64,000 nt of DNA. Source: Camelus dromedarius. Taxonomy: Eukaryota. Position numbers and translations under genes: made by a program. Below, piece after piece: positions 47,656-60,670 of this stretch (positions are counted from its first letter, which is position 1; every line of letters begins with the position of its first letter). The stretch spans positions 18,912,001-18,976,000 of the forward strand of contig NC_087436.1 of NCBI RefSeq assembly GCF_036321535.1, in the 5' to 3' direction. The notes beneath the pieces are model-generated. The model worked only from the letters and a program-made list of their open reading frames with translations, had not been told where the DNA came from and made no database searches.

Positions 47656-48234
47656 AGGCATGCACATTTATTTAATTTCCTATTTACACTTTAAGTTTAT
47701 GAGTGAGAAGAGAACATTTCCTAGACATTAAAAAAGATCTAAATGTCTACAACTGTTGGTTCATGTCATGAACTAAATTTGAGTTGTGCATTTTCACATC
47801 GATTTTGATCTCTTTATTGAATTCTGCAGATAATGAGGCTGGAAGTTTTCTCTTTGACAATGATGATAGTTATCAGACTCTCTGCAATCTTGTACTTTCC
47901 TAAAATTTGATGTTATGGCCAAGAATCATATTATATTCATCTTATTTTAAAGAGTACAATCTGTGTTGGTAGGAATATAATTTTAGAATTTCAAGTATGT
48001 GCACTTAGTCAAGATTTTCCTACCCTGTGATTCATGTCTTGCTTTTTATTTTCCATGTAAATAGGACCAACATGCTATTATTTCCAAATTAAGGGTGTTA
48101 GAAACTGGCATCTAGAAATTAGGAAAGCTGAGAGTCAGTCTGGATTTTGAACCTTAGCCGCTATCTGATTATTGCATTTTACAGTTGGATCATTTCTCCA
48201 CTGTTGTGAAGTAGAGACAGCAGGATCAGTCACA

Positions 48235-48480
48235 TATTAAGTAATTTATTCAATATCTATTGATTGCTAACTATATACAAGGAACTATAATAAATACTAG
48301 GGATTCAGAGATGAATGAAACAAAGTCTGTATCCTAGAGGAGCTCACAGGTAAATGAAGGAGGTAAGTATGCAGATAAATAATGAGTGCCTTTACTGAGA
48401 TATGACTAGAGTTTTCTGGAAATGTGGAGAAGAAAGAAACTCTCCCTTGGGGAGTTGCATTTGACTTACGTCTTGAGTAC
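48235..48480 (-). mobile_element. L2 fragment
   Basis: Contains 'tattgattgctaactatatacaagg...ggattcagagatgaatgaaacaaagtc...aggagctcacag'. Confidence 0.65.
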
Positions 48481-48599
48481 TTTTTGGATATGTTTATCAG
48501 TTCTCTCCAGAAAAATGATGCAAGGATTGCGCTGTCTTTATGTATTTCACAAACCGTCTCCCCAGATAACTAATATGTGCTTAAAACTGACTATCACTG

Positions 48600-48790
48600 C
48601 AGTAACAATATAATTTCTTTTCTCGGTTTGCAGAGGGTTTTCTCGACAAAATGCCTGCAGCACAGATATGAGTCTTCTCATTTCACCCGTGAGAAAACTG
48701 AGCACAGAAAGGTCAGTAACTTGCATGAGGGCCTGTACACTGGCACGGCCTGGGTTGGAACCTTGCCTCCTTCTAATTCCTCAAATCGAA
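48600..48790 (-). mobile_element. MIR SINE
   Basis: Contains 'gagaaaactgagcacagaaaggtcagtaacttgc'. Confidence 0.65.
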
Positions 48791-51464
48791 ATCTTTCCTC
48801 TTGTTTAACTCTGATGGCATAAATATGAAAGTCCAACAGGAGCACTTAGTAAACATCCTATTTCAAATGGAACATTTTCATTGATGCTGAGGAGTTGAGC
48901 ATTCATGTGGCTCAGACACCCATTTGTTAAAATGAATTTAGGGACTGCTCTGCTGGGCAAGCCTGGTGTTCCATCCAACTCAGGATTGTGTTGACAACAG
49001 AGGCCTCAAGGGTTTTCCAGGAAAGGACATAGTTTTCCTCCTGACATTAACCTTAAAGGTCAGGTGTACTCTCAGTAGCCATTTATGGCTCTGACATTCA
49101 TAAATTTGGTTAAAACCTTTATGAATCCATTTATATTCCTTGCCTGTACCTCTTTGATGGTAATGAGCTCCATGGGTTTATTATTTTCTGATAAAATAAT
49201 ACTTTCGTTTATTTGTCCTTAACTCACCTTACTCAGTTTGAAGGAGCCTTCCTCTTCTAGCAAGGAATTGAGAATTATGAGAATAATTGCTCTTGTGTTT
49301 ATTTTTCACATGATCACCAAAATTCTCTGTTTTTTAAATTTTTTCTTGAGCAAGAATAAATAAAATGTTACATTATATTTCTGTGGCAGAGGGACCAATC
49401 TTTTGTTTAAAGATCAGGATTCTGTCTTCTGGCATATTCTGGTACACTTTTTCTGATGCTGAAACTTGCTCTAGAGTTCCCTTAAAATAACCTGATTTTG
49501 GTATTCATAATACATATTTGCCTGTTAAAGGCAGCTCCGATCTGGCCCTAAGGAAGCTTGAGGTAATTTTTGTTCTCATCTACAACCACTTTTGGAGAGT
49601 AAGTATATAGTCTATTATGTTGTATGTATTTCATAGCTGATTATAACTGATGTGTTATAGAACATCTTTAAAGAGAAGAACACTGGCCAGGATGTGAAGA
49701 ATCTGGTGTTCTAGAACCATCTCTGGACTGTGGTTTCCAAGTTTATAAAATTAGGGGCTGAATTAGGTAAATGTCAACATCTCTTCATACTTGACAATTC
49801 TGAGACCCTGATTTCCTTGGCCATTGAGAGGTACTTGCTCTCAGTATTGTTGAAGGCTTTGAGGTGGAGCACATGTATTGTTTACTGTTATCTATATGGC
49901 CTGTTTCTCACATCAGAGATCTCTAGTAAATGAAACAATTATAATTTCCCCACCCCATCCTCTTACAGAAATGATAACCTTTCCTATAGGTTATTCTTAA
50001 GGGATGGTTTATTTTAGGTTCCCCAAGCTCATCCAGTTTGGAGGTAAGCCTTGAAGGCCTCCTCTAGATCCCCTTTCTGTTCTAGGTGGTCACCCTTGTA
50101 ATTGATCAACATCATCCTTTAGGAATTTATATTGACAAGGGTAAACATTGTCCAAAGGCTCTCCATTTACATCTTTGAGTTTGCTTAGAATCTTAAGGCC
50201 AATGGTATCTATCCCAACTACATTTGTTTTTTTGACTTGGGTTACAATTATTTTTTAGCGTTGACTGCTTAGTGGTTTTGCCATGAAGAGTACACATTTG
50301 GTAGGAATTATTTCCTTCACTGTTTTTTTTAAATAGCAAATGCAGGGCTGTGAAGTTCTTAGTCATTTGAATACAGCATTACCGTGCGCAGCAAATGAAC
50401 CCTCATCATCCATCCATTTGTGACCAGGTCTCTCTCTGCCTCCTCTGCCTGGGGGCCCTAGCTCATGATTCATGGGTTGGAGAAAGCACATGAACGCACA
50501 GGTCCAGCAATCTCATCTGCAAAATGGAGCCAATGACCCCCATGTCTTGGGATTGCATGTGAGGAATGCATAGCACCCCTCTGATCTGCAGAGAGTATTT
50601 TAAATTTGTGGATGTTGCTTCCCCCATATTGCTTTCTAGTTCTTTAATTCAGCCATCCAGCAATGCAAGTGGGAATAGACCAGGAGCAGAGGGGTATGAA
50701 AGCCACAGCACACTGAGTCCCGGAGAAATGTTACTCACAAATAGAGAAATGCTGTGGTCTGTGAAAATATGAGTGGATTTAATGTGACTTATAAAATTGA
50801 CCAGACCGATGCTCATTGTTTTTCGAAAAGTTGCTTTTTATGGTCAGATTGGCTCTGGTTGTCTTCAGTTGCTCTGCTCTTCTGACTCTGCTGTGTGGCT
50901 CATATTAACTGCGATGATCTGGCTCTTTCTCTTAGATAGCCTCCTTTATTAGGCTATAAAGCATTATCTGTCCAGGTTTGAAATCAGAGCCCCTGCTCCT
51001 TAAATGATTTCCTTTGACAGTTGAGCACTTCTCTCAACCTCTTTGTGCTGTCAGAGCATTACTGTCAGGAGAGAGTTGATTTCTGCCACCTGCCCTCGCA
51101 TAGCCCTTAAAGGACTTTTTTTTCCTCTGTTCGCCATCCAGTACGTGTATCCTACCTCCATCCCTGAATGGAGAGATGCAGGGACTGGCAAGTGGGAAAA
51201 AAAGGAAATATAAATCCTGGGGAAATCTTTTGAAAATCCTAATTTTAGATAGCATCATGTTTTGTAAAATTACTCTCTTTTGGTACCTCTAAAGTTAAAA
51301 CGAAAATGTAACTATTTAAATGTCAATTGGAAAATAACAAAGGAGCTTTGTTGTAGGAAGAATAGACTATGTGTTTCTTCATAAAGGTCCTCCACTCATG
51401 CCAGAGGATTCATGAGGTTGATTTTTTAAAAACCTCAAACGCCTCTTTGAGGTTCCTAGTGGAA

Positions 51465-51870
51465 AGCCTGTGGTAGACATTGGAGATTGTAAAATGAATA
51501 AAACACAGGTCTTGCTTTCATTCCATGTATAGTCTGAGCAAGGAAGCCAGGTATATGCTTATATATCCAAATAAAATAATATCAAGCAGGATGACAAGAT
51601 ACAGGTGCCGACACATGATACAGATGCCACCAGGATGCAATGGAGAGGGAAATGAACTGAGGGGGGCATCTGGGAGGTGGGGGTGTTAAAACCAGGCCCT
51701 ACAGGAGGGGTGAGATTTAGGCTGGCAAGCTGGGGAGAGAGCAGTAGCAGAAGAACTAACTGAGCAAGGAATGAGATGAAGGTTCCCTGTGTTTGGGGAA
51801 AGGCAAGTAGCCTCGTTTAGAAGGATCAGGGGAGCATGAGTGAAGGGCGTGGTGGAGGATGGCATGGAAA
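51465..51870 (-). mobile_element. L2 fragment
   Basis: Contains 'ctgtggtagacattggagattgtaaaatgaataaaacacaggtcttgc'. Confidence 0.55.
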
Positions 51871-52329
51871 AGGTGCCCCATTCTCCTTTTCACCTTCATC
51901 CCAGCTGCTTCCCATGACGGCCATTGTCTCATCTAACAGGCATCTCACCAATACTTTGGATCTTACACTCTAATTTGGAGAAGGCAAAGTTTTCCCCAGT
52001 GCCACTTTGTGGTCTGCTAATCTGAATATGACTTGGACAATAGCAGGATGATAGCTCAGATATTCACTTCTGAATGCTTCTTACTGGGGTATTACAAAAA
52101 AAGTTTTTTTTTTTTTTTTTCTTGGCTAGTAAGAGGAAGCTGAGAGGTTTGGTTTAGGATGTGCTGGTGGTGATGGTATGTTATTTTGTTTTTTTTTTTT
52201 TTTAAGAAAATACCTGATGCTCTGCAAATGGACTGCTTAATTTGAACCCTGGTTTGTAAATTCCATGCCTCAGTTTCCTCAGCTCTAAAGTGGGGATAAT
52301 ATGGGACCCATTTAGCATACGGTAAAAAA

Positions 52330-52795
52330 ATGAAGGATCTGTTATTTCATAGAACCAGACTTCCAGAGGGAGGGCAGTTTCAGGGCTAACTCAGCAGTTA
52401 GCATGGTCACTGGGGACCCAGCTCCTTGCTTTCTTTTTCTCCGTCATGCTTTGCAAATGATTTGGTGCTCAGGCTTCTCACCTAATGGTCCCAAGCTGAC
52501 CACTGCAGCTCCAGCATGACATGGCCATTCCCTCCTGGTGCCTCTTCTGATCAGTGAGGGAAATCGCCCAGAAATCCCCAAAAGGTTACCTCTCTTTTCT
52601 CCTGGTTTACAGCTTCTCAGGGTAGAATATGCCTACTTTGAATCAATAGCTGCCAAAGGGGATTACTGACAGAGACCAAGCATGACTGCCCCTGGGGCTG
52701 GGGGAAGCGCCGACTTCTCTGAGCTCTCGGCAAGGGGGTGGTAAACACAGGAAGAAATCCTAGGGTGACACAGCAAGGAACAAGGGGAAGCACTG
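52330..52795. mobile_element. MLT1 (K/L-like) MaLR LTR inserted within a MIR (MIR halves at about 52240-52310 and 52840-52930)
   Basis: Contains 'gggcagtttcagggct...ggggacccagctcc...atggtcccaag...gcagctccagc'; the flanking MIR core reads 'gcctcagtttcctcagctctaaagtggggataata'. Confidence 0.55.
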
Positions 52796-53134
52796 GCTTT
52801 GAGGCTGGCGGCAGAGTGTCTGCCTCCCTTCCTCTGTATTGTGGGGGGATTCAGTGAAAAGATCTGTACAAATAATTCACCAAGCACCTGACACATGGAA
52901 AGCCCAGAAAGAAATTTAGTGCTTATTCTTATTTATCTTCGTTTGTAATATTATTTCATTTAAATGGACACTTCTTCTGACTGATGTGGGCAGAGTCATC
53001 TTTCCCTTTATAGCTGGTTTTATCTTACACAGTAGTAACTCTGATATTCTCCCAAAGATGCGAATGGGATTCATCTATTTTCCAAAATACCTAGATGGCG
53101 ATGTTTTTTTCTTCAAGGCTCCTACTCTTCAGGG

Positions 53135-53370
53135 TGTGTACTCTGTAGGTTCAGGAAGTCTGGGCCACATAGATCATAACATTCTACTGCTTATTAACTG
53201 GGTAACTTTGAATTAGTTACTCTGTGTCTTCATTGCCTCATCTTTAAATGAGTATGAAGTTGGTGCCTACCTCACTGGGTTCTTATGAACATGTCGTGAG
53301 TTAATTCATTTACAGCAGCACTTAAAGAGCGCTTAGTATGTAGTAAGAATTAAATAAATGTTTGCTATAA
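53135..53370 (+). mobile_element. MIR SINE
   Basis: Contains 'cctcatctttaaatg...cctacctcactgggtt...tagtaagaattaaataaatgtttgcta'. Confidence 0.75.
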
Positions 53371-53599
53371 AAAGCCAGGCATCCAGACATCTGAAGACTT
53401 ACGATGTAGATTTTCATCCTGTCTTCTGGAACCAGCTTGAGCTGTAACAGCATTGTTGGCTTAGATTAATGCTTAGTGCCAGGTAGATTGTGGACTAACC
53501 ACATTGGATCCTGATGGATTTTTGGTGAATAGGGAAAAGAGAAAGGATATAATAAACATTTATTTGCATGGTGACTTGATCAGAGTAGAAACACAGCTA

Positions 53600-54025
53600 T
53601 TTTCATGATAAATGCTTTTTGGCAGCAAACAACAGAACAGTTGTCTACAAGATTTAGCAGGACAGGTTTGTTTTTCTCACATAGCAGAATGGTGGTGCTG
53701 CCTCCTGGCAGAAGACATGCTTTACAGCCTCAGAATGAGGGATGCAGCTCCAGGAACATGTCCACATTCCAAGAAGTGGAGAAAGTGGAGAGGGGCAGCA
53801 TAAGAAACATCCGGTTTTTATGTCAAGAAAGCAGACACTTTCCTAAAATCCCCCAGCAAAATTGTTTTTTCTGTCCTATTGGGCAAAAACATGTGACAAG
53901 CCTGTGCGAGCTTCAGGGGAAGCTGGGAAAAAGAATGTTCTGTTTTGCCAGTTTCTAAGTTAGAGGTGGGACAAGGGAGAAGAGTGCTGGGAATGGATAT
54001 TGAGGGAGCCAACCTATGATGTCCA
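53600..54025. mobile_element. MLT1J-like MaLR LTR
   Basis: Contains 'atgctttttggcagcaaacaacagaa...gcagctccaggaacatgtccacattccaag...gggaagctgggaaa'. Confidence 0.55.
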
Positions 54026-54872
54026 CCATAATTGTTTAAACATAAGAGCCCCAAAACAATGCTTTGTATTTCCCCAAAGCCCAAGGCAGAGAAAGCAAAA
54101 GGCAAACACGGTTGAGTGAAGACAGCACTGCTCTGTTGAAATGGTGTCTTCTGATCTTCTGATTTGTACAGGTGTTTTAAGTTAAAAAACAAAAAAAATC
54201 TCCAGTTGGTATTACCATGCTGAGTTTTGCAGAGCCTCTTTGCTTTTCTGTCATTTACTATGCAAACAGAAGACCACAAGGCCTTCTGGCAGGTGGGAGA
54301 AAAGCGCTTAAATTACCTTTGGTTTTAAATATAAAATAACCTCTTGGAGTCCCACCCTGTGGTGCTGGGAAGTCTGAGCCCTTCCCACACATGCCCAGCT
54401 CTACGCACGTAGCTTTCCTAGAAGTGGTCCATTTCCCATTTCACAGTATTTATAACCCTCTCTTAGAGAAGCAAATGGGCTGTACTAGGAAGTCATATTA
54501 AGACAGAAAGGAGATTTCGGCTGCCTCAGTAGTAAAAGATAAAGACATAATTTAAATTCATTTGGTTGAAAAGATAAATGCAGATAAAAGCCCAGTAAAC
54601 AGGAGCCAAATGCCCTGGCACGGGAAGCAGACAGACAATGGACCTGGCGGTCAGCCACCAGAGCCTTCACCTTCGCTGGGGATTGGTTCTGAGCAGCTGC
54701 AGGTGCCCACTGCAGGGCCCTACTCTGGTGCTATGGAAGGAAGAGAATCAGGGAATGAGGCCACTGGGGAGGTAGGGGTGAACAGGAAGGGCCCCAAAAG
54801 AAAAAGAAAGAGGATGAGGAAGCAGACAGGTGGGGAGGGAACCTGCAAGCTCCATTAAAGAGCTATACAGTC

Positions 54873-56137
54873 AAACCTGCTTTTGCTCAATAATGTGTCT
54901 TCAATACAAATGGCCAATAGACCCATGAAAAAATGCTCAATATCACTAATTATCAGAGAAATGCAAACCAAAGCCACATTGAGGTATCACCTCACACCAG
55001 TCAGAATGGCCATCATTAATAAGTCCACAAACTTAATTGATGGAAAGGGTGTGGAGAGAGGGAACCCTCCTACACTGTTGGTGGGAAGGTAGTTTGGTGC
55101 AGCCATTATAGACAACATTATGGAGATTTCTCAAAAATACTAAAAATAGACTTAGCATATGATTCAGCAAACCTACTCCTGGGCATATATCTGGAGGGAA
55201 CTCAATTTCAAAAATATACATGCACCCCAATGCTCATAGCAGCACTATTTACAATAGCGAAGACATGGAAACATCCTAAATATCCATCAACAGATGACTG
55301 GATAAAAAAGCTGTGATATATTTATACAATGGAATACTACTCAGCCATAAAAAAATAAAATAATGCCATTTGCAGCAACATGAACAGATCTGGAGTTCGT
55401 CATTCTAAGTGAAGTAAGCCAGAAAGAGAAAGAAAAATACCATATGTCACTCATACATGGAATCTAAAAGAAGAAGAAGAAGAAGAAAAAAGACACTAAA
55501 GAACTTATCTACAAAACAGAAACAGACTCACAGACATAGTAAACACACCTATGGTTACCAGGGGTGAGGGGGTGGGAAGGGATAAATTAGGAGTTCGGGA
55601 ATTGCTAATATTAACTACTATATATAAAATAGATTAAAATAAATTTCTTCTGTATAGCGCAGGGGACTATATTCAATATCTTATAGTAACCTATAATGAA
55701 ACGTAATGAAAATGAATATATGTATGTATATGCATGACTGAAACATAATGCTGTACACCAGAAGTTTAAACATTGTAACTGACTACATGTCAATAAATTA
55801 AAGAAGGATAAATATATCCCAGATCAAAAAAAAAATAATAATAACGTGTCTTCACATAGAAAACAAACTGTGGTTAACATGGAGGAAAGGGTGTGGGGGA
55901 CAGATTAGGAGTTGAGGATTAATAGATACACATTACTATCTATAAAATAGATAAACAACAAGGACCTACTGAATAGAACAGGGAACTACACTTGATTTCT
56001 TGTAATAAGCTATAATGGAAAAGAAACTGAAAGAAAATATATGTATGTATAAGTATAACTGAATCACTTTTCTATACACCTGAAACTAACGTTGTAAATC
56101 GACTACACTTTAATAAAAAATAAGAATTAATAGGAAA
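54873..56137 (+). mobile_element. Outer L1 insertion (31-bp 5' segment plus L1 3' UTR at 55855-56137) hosting a nested L1
   Basis: Perfect 16-bp TSD AAAGAGCTATACAGTC at 54857-54872 and 56138-56153. Confidence 0.85.
54904..55839 (+). mobile_element. Nested younger L1 (end of ORF2 plus 3' UTR)
   Basis: ORF 54883-55092 ([31 protein letters not shown]) is ORF2p-like; TSD AATAAYGTGTCTTCA at 54889-54903 and 55840-55854. Confidence 0.92.
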
Positions 56138-56489
56138 AAAGAGCTATACAGTCCCCCTACCCCCTAAAAAAGGCCTTGGGCTGTAGTGCTCAGAGAACTT
56201 TTTTCTGTATGCCCTTTGCTTTTAGGGAAAAATAAAACCCAGAATGCCTTTGTCCTTAGTAGTGAAACATCATTTTTAACTAGAAAATATCTTTATTTAG
56301 GGATAACTGAAAGAATACTATTGACATCATCCGTGCTGTCTGTGGCATCTTGCTGGAGCTGTCATAACTTTCTGTGGTTCAGATCAATTCATTAAACACT
56401 GGCTGAGCATATGTTTGGGCCAGGCACTCTGCTAGTTTTTGAGTTTAATAATGTGAAAAAGACAAGGCCAGCGCTGGAGTGGCTTATAC

Positions 56490-56600
56490 TGTAACTGGGG
56501 GGCATGTGGCAACATCTGGAGACATTTTTGGTTGTCACAACTTGGAGAGGTGCTACTGGAATTCAGAATACTTCACCCGTGCTGAGATTGGAAAACTCTA
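56490..56600. mobile_element. MER20 fragment inside an L2
   Basis: Contains 'ggcaacatctggagacatttttggttgtcacaact...gtgctactgg'. Confidence 0.75.
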
Positions 56601-57131
56601 CACTATTTTGAAGATACTTGGGGAAAAAGTAAAAATAAAAAATGGTACAATTGCAGAAACGTGTACGTGGTAAAGAAGTGTCTTAAAGACAGGACTCAAA
56701 AATTCCATCCATGGGAATCTGTGAAGAATACCAACGTGGTATCAGGTTTTCAATGAATTTTGAAGGATGTTTAGGAGTTCACCAGGAGAAGGGGGTAAGA
56801 AGGACCTCCTTAAAGGATTACATAAAGAAAAAAGATTGTAGGCAGAAGAAGATCCAAAAGCAGAAAGCCTTCAAATTTTCCATAATGTGAGAGGTCCGAA
56901 GTACTCGTAAATGATCCTGGAGGGGTAGACAAGATCAAATTATTACCAGCCCGGGGTGCCAGTCTCCGGAGCTTGAACTCATGTCTATAACTGATGGGGA
57001 CAGTTGAAGAATTATAAGCAAATGAGTGATTTGACCAAAATTTTAGGTGAGAATAGTAACTATTAAATTCTGAAATAAACTGAACAGGACTAGAGAGGCC
57101 CAATTAACGTAACCATTAGCATTCTACTAGA

Positions 57132-57198
57132 TCTCTCTTTCTCTCTCTTTCCTTCTCTCTGTCTGTCTCCTTCTGTCTCTGTCTTTGCCCATCTGTCT

Positions 57199-57267
<69 letters not shown>
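57132..57267 (+). repeat. Compound (CT)n(CA)n microsatellite
   Basis: Read directly from the sequence. Confidence 0.97.
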
Positions 57268-57269
<2 letters not shown>

Positions 57270-57944
57270 CCCTTTGATGATATATCCCCAGAACTGTTTA
57301 TACTTTTATATTCTACAGAAATTGTTGGCAATCAACAAAGAGGTCTGGTCTAGAAGGAAAGTAAAACTGGAAATAGTCTGATCACTTGGGAGAATGTGGA
57401 GGCATTGAGAGCTTTAAGATCCCTATGAAGCCAAAAGAAGAAAGTTTAGCAGGAAAGAGACCCTGAGGAAAATGATGAAGGACAGGAAGTTGTGTCTAGA
57501 AAATGGAATATGGGAATCTAAGGGTTTGTGTGTAGAGCAAGTCCAGGTCAAACAGGTGCCTAAGGTGCTTAAGTGTCAGTGAATGAAACAGAGGACAGCT
57601 GCCATTAGGCGTGGAGAGAGAAATGAGTCCTTGGGCTGAGGGGTTTGGTAGCTTATTCATGTGACCATCCAAGAAGCCTGGGATGATGGCAGAACTTGAG
57701 GTAAGGATGAAGAGTTTGAAGCAGGTGTCACATTTATCTATGAATATAATGGAATGGTTGGAAGAGAACAGTGATGAGAGGGAGTAGAAGTTATCCATCA
57801 GTTGCACCCACAGAGCAGGGTGAGGGAGTTTGCAGTCGACTCCATAGGCCTCTGAACTGGGAAAAAACCATAGTGCCTGTTATGACACATACTGCTGTGA
57901 AGGCTTTCAAGAGGCCTTTCTCCCTAAGCTGAAACCCTTGAGAA

Positions 57945-58030
57945 CAGGTGCTATATCTTATTCCTGTACATCTCCCTAGTGCCTTTAAGTCTGGCACAAA
58001 GTAAGCACTCAATCAACAAATGAACTAATT
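57945..58030 (+). mobile_element. L2 3'-end fragment
   Basis: Contains 'ctccctagtgcc...tctggcacaaagtaagcactcaat'. Confidence 0.6.
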
Positions 58031-58657
58031 CCCAGTGGTAATAATAGTCACACTTAGTTAGCAATGAATCCAAGGGAAATATTTGGAACTGAAGGAATTC
58101 ATTCTTGAAGATTAACTCAATATGTTTGAGAATGTGGCAGGTATTCTGAAGGTTGAAATCTGTCTGTGGTTTAGACTTTAGCAGACTCTGTAATACATTG
58201 TTTTCTCTTAGACAGACAGCTTCCAGAAGCATTTTCTACTTGAATGTTTCTGAGATTGCAAACATTTTTATCCAAAAGATGCTTGAAAACAAATATTCTG
58301 GAATGCAAGTTTCTGGGTGTTTTTTGTTTTGTTTTCTTTGTGCTATTGTTGTGTCTGTGTGTTTTGCTGTTGTTGATTTCTTCTGCTCATTTTTGTAAAT
58401 TTTATAACTCAGTTTTGCCTGGTTGCACAAGAAAATTGTTTTGGCCTCATTATCTAAATGGGGGAATTCAAATGCCTATGAGAATGACTCACGATAGGTA
58501 AGGGTGATGTGATTAGTATCATCAAGTTAATCCTACAAGTCATAAACCATTCAACGGAATTTATCCAGGTCATATGAGAAATGGAAAGAAAAAAATGTTC
58601 TAGAATGATATTTTCCAGAATGGTAAATGTCAAAATTTTCTAGAAGATTAGAATTAT

Positions 58658-58885
58658 GTATCAGTTAGGACACTCTTCACTGTAAGTAAGCAGCAAATTC
58701 AAATTAAAATGACTTAAACTGTCTTACTGTCTCACATGACATGTGGGAGGTAGGCTGTGCTTGGCTGATGGACCCCACAGCTCAGGGACTCCACAGTGGA
58801 TCTGGGTCCTTCCTGCTCTGACTTCCACTACAAGTCAAGAAATTCCTTTAGCATCACAGGATGACTCTAGCAGCTGTAGACATAA
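58658..58885. mobile_element. MLT1K-like LTR fragment
   Basis: Contains 'tatcagttaggacactcttcactgtaagtaagcagcaaattcaaattaaaatgacttaaac'. Confidence 0.45.
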
Positions 58886-58889
58886 TATT

Positions 58890-59700
58890 TACCCATTTAT
58901 TCAGCAGTTATTTATCCAGTGAGTATTATGTGCCAAGGTTCTAGGTACTGGGGATATGATAGGATTAGGCGGACCCAGTGGAATAAGTTGTCTATAAGTT
59001 TCCAGATAGATCTCCTGCTATATCATTAGCTAAGAGATGCCTTTGTCCATATTATCAGGTAAGACTCTCTGCCTTTATCAAATTTACATTCTAATGGGAA
59101 CTGAAATCAAGGAGAAGTGAGGGCGAGGGAATAAATATATGATACTTCCAGTAGTTGAAAGTGAAGGGCGATCAAGCTGGCTTGGTACTAGAAGATGGTG
59201 GAGGGGCTGTGACTTTCTAAATGCTTGTCTGAGGAGTCTTCTTTGGCTACAAGGAAATGCCTGAATGAAAGATGGAAGAGAGTATGGGAATTTCAGGGAA
59301 GGTCTTCCAAGTCAGCTCAAAGCCCCTAAGGTAGGGGCATGGTGGACATGTTTGCAAAACAGCAAGGAGGCCAGTGTGGCTGGGAAGTAGTGAAAAGGGA
59401 GAGGATTTATAGGGCAAGAGGTCCCCAAGGTAAGCACATAGATCCTAAGGGCCTTATTGGCCATGGATAGAATCTTGAATTTTATCATAAGGTGGGAAGT
59501 TTGGGGAGAGTTTTGAGCAGGTAGGTGGCATGATTTGTTTGTAAAGAATACATTCTGCCTGCTTCATGGAGAATGGACTGTGGAGGGGTAAGAGTGGAAA
59601 TATGGCATGTGCTTATAGGCTGTTGGACTTAAATAGCCCCAGCGAGAGGCGACTGGGTTACAGTAGTTGGGGGAAGAAGTGGTCGGATTCAGGGTGTACC
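58890..59700 (-). mobile_element. L2 fragments
   Basis: Contains 'aacagcaaggaggccagtgtggctgg', 'gagagttttgagcagg' and 'gaagaagtggtcggattcagg'. Confidence 0.75.
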
Positions 59701-59837
59701 TTGGGAGCCTCCCTCATCAGTATCCTGGGATCAGAACAAAAGGAACATTCCTCTCGTGTCCCTTTTAAGTTTGAGGCAAGGTTTTCCAGAAACTTCCCAG
59801 TTTACTTCTTGGTTCTCATTTGTTTGAATGACACCTT

Positions 59838-60311
59838 TTTTTTTTTTAAACTGAATATAGTTGATTTACAATGTTGTGTTAGTTTCTGGTGTACAGCATA
59901 GTGATTCAGTTATATATATGTATATATTGTTTTATATTCTTTTTCATTATAGGTTATTACAAGATATTGAATATAATTCCCTGTGCTATACAGTTGGACT
60001 TTGTTGTTAATCTAGTTTATGTAAAGTAATTAGTATCTGCCAATCCCAAACTCTTAATTTATCCTTCCCTCTCCCCTTTCCCCTTGGTAATCATAAATTT
60101 GTTTTCCATGTCTGTTTCTGTTTTGTAAATGTATTGATTTGTGTCATTTTTTAGATTCCACATATAAGTGATATCATATGATACTTGTCTTTCTCTGTCT
60201 GACTTACTTCACTTAGTATGATAATTTCTAGGTCCATCCATGTTGCTGCAAGTGGCATTATTTCATTCATTTTTGACGGAGTAGTATTCCATTGTGTATA
60301 TAGACCACAAC
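59838..60311 (-). mobile_element. 5'-truncated L1 3' end
   Basis: Poly-T followed by L1 3' UTR; 18-bp TSD TTGTTTGAATGRCACCTT at 59820-59837 and 60312-60329. Confidence 0.92.
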
Positions 60312-60522
60312 TTGTTTGAATGGCACCTTACAGACCTGTACAGACCTAAATAGATCTACAAGATGCCATTAGAGCTGGTAGATCTAAACTAGCTTCCTGG
60401 CAATTGGAGTGAGACTAATGTGTGTGGCTCAGATGGATAAAAGTGTCCTCTAGGCTACAGAGGGGCCCAGACTCTCCAGGAGGACCTGGCCACTTGGAGG
60501 AGGGAGAATAAGTTTGGGGATC

Positions 60523-60670
60523 TGTGGAACTCAGTGTGAAATAAAAATATAAGGCCTCTTGTTGAAACATTGAGAATTTTAAGATGGACAACACGACAAC
60601 AGAGTGTTAAACCAAGTTCTGGGCCCTTCCAAACTTGGGCCCCGTGAGATCGCCAGTGAAGCCAGCCCTG
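60523..60670 (+). mobile_element. MER91A-like hAT-Tip100 MITE
   Basis: Contains 'cagtgtgaaataaaaat...gagaattttaagatgg...ttaaaccaag...gggccc...tgaagccagccctg'. Confidence 0.75.
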
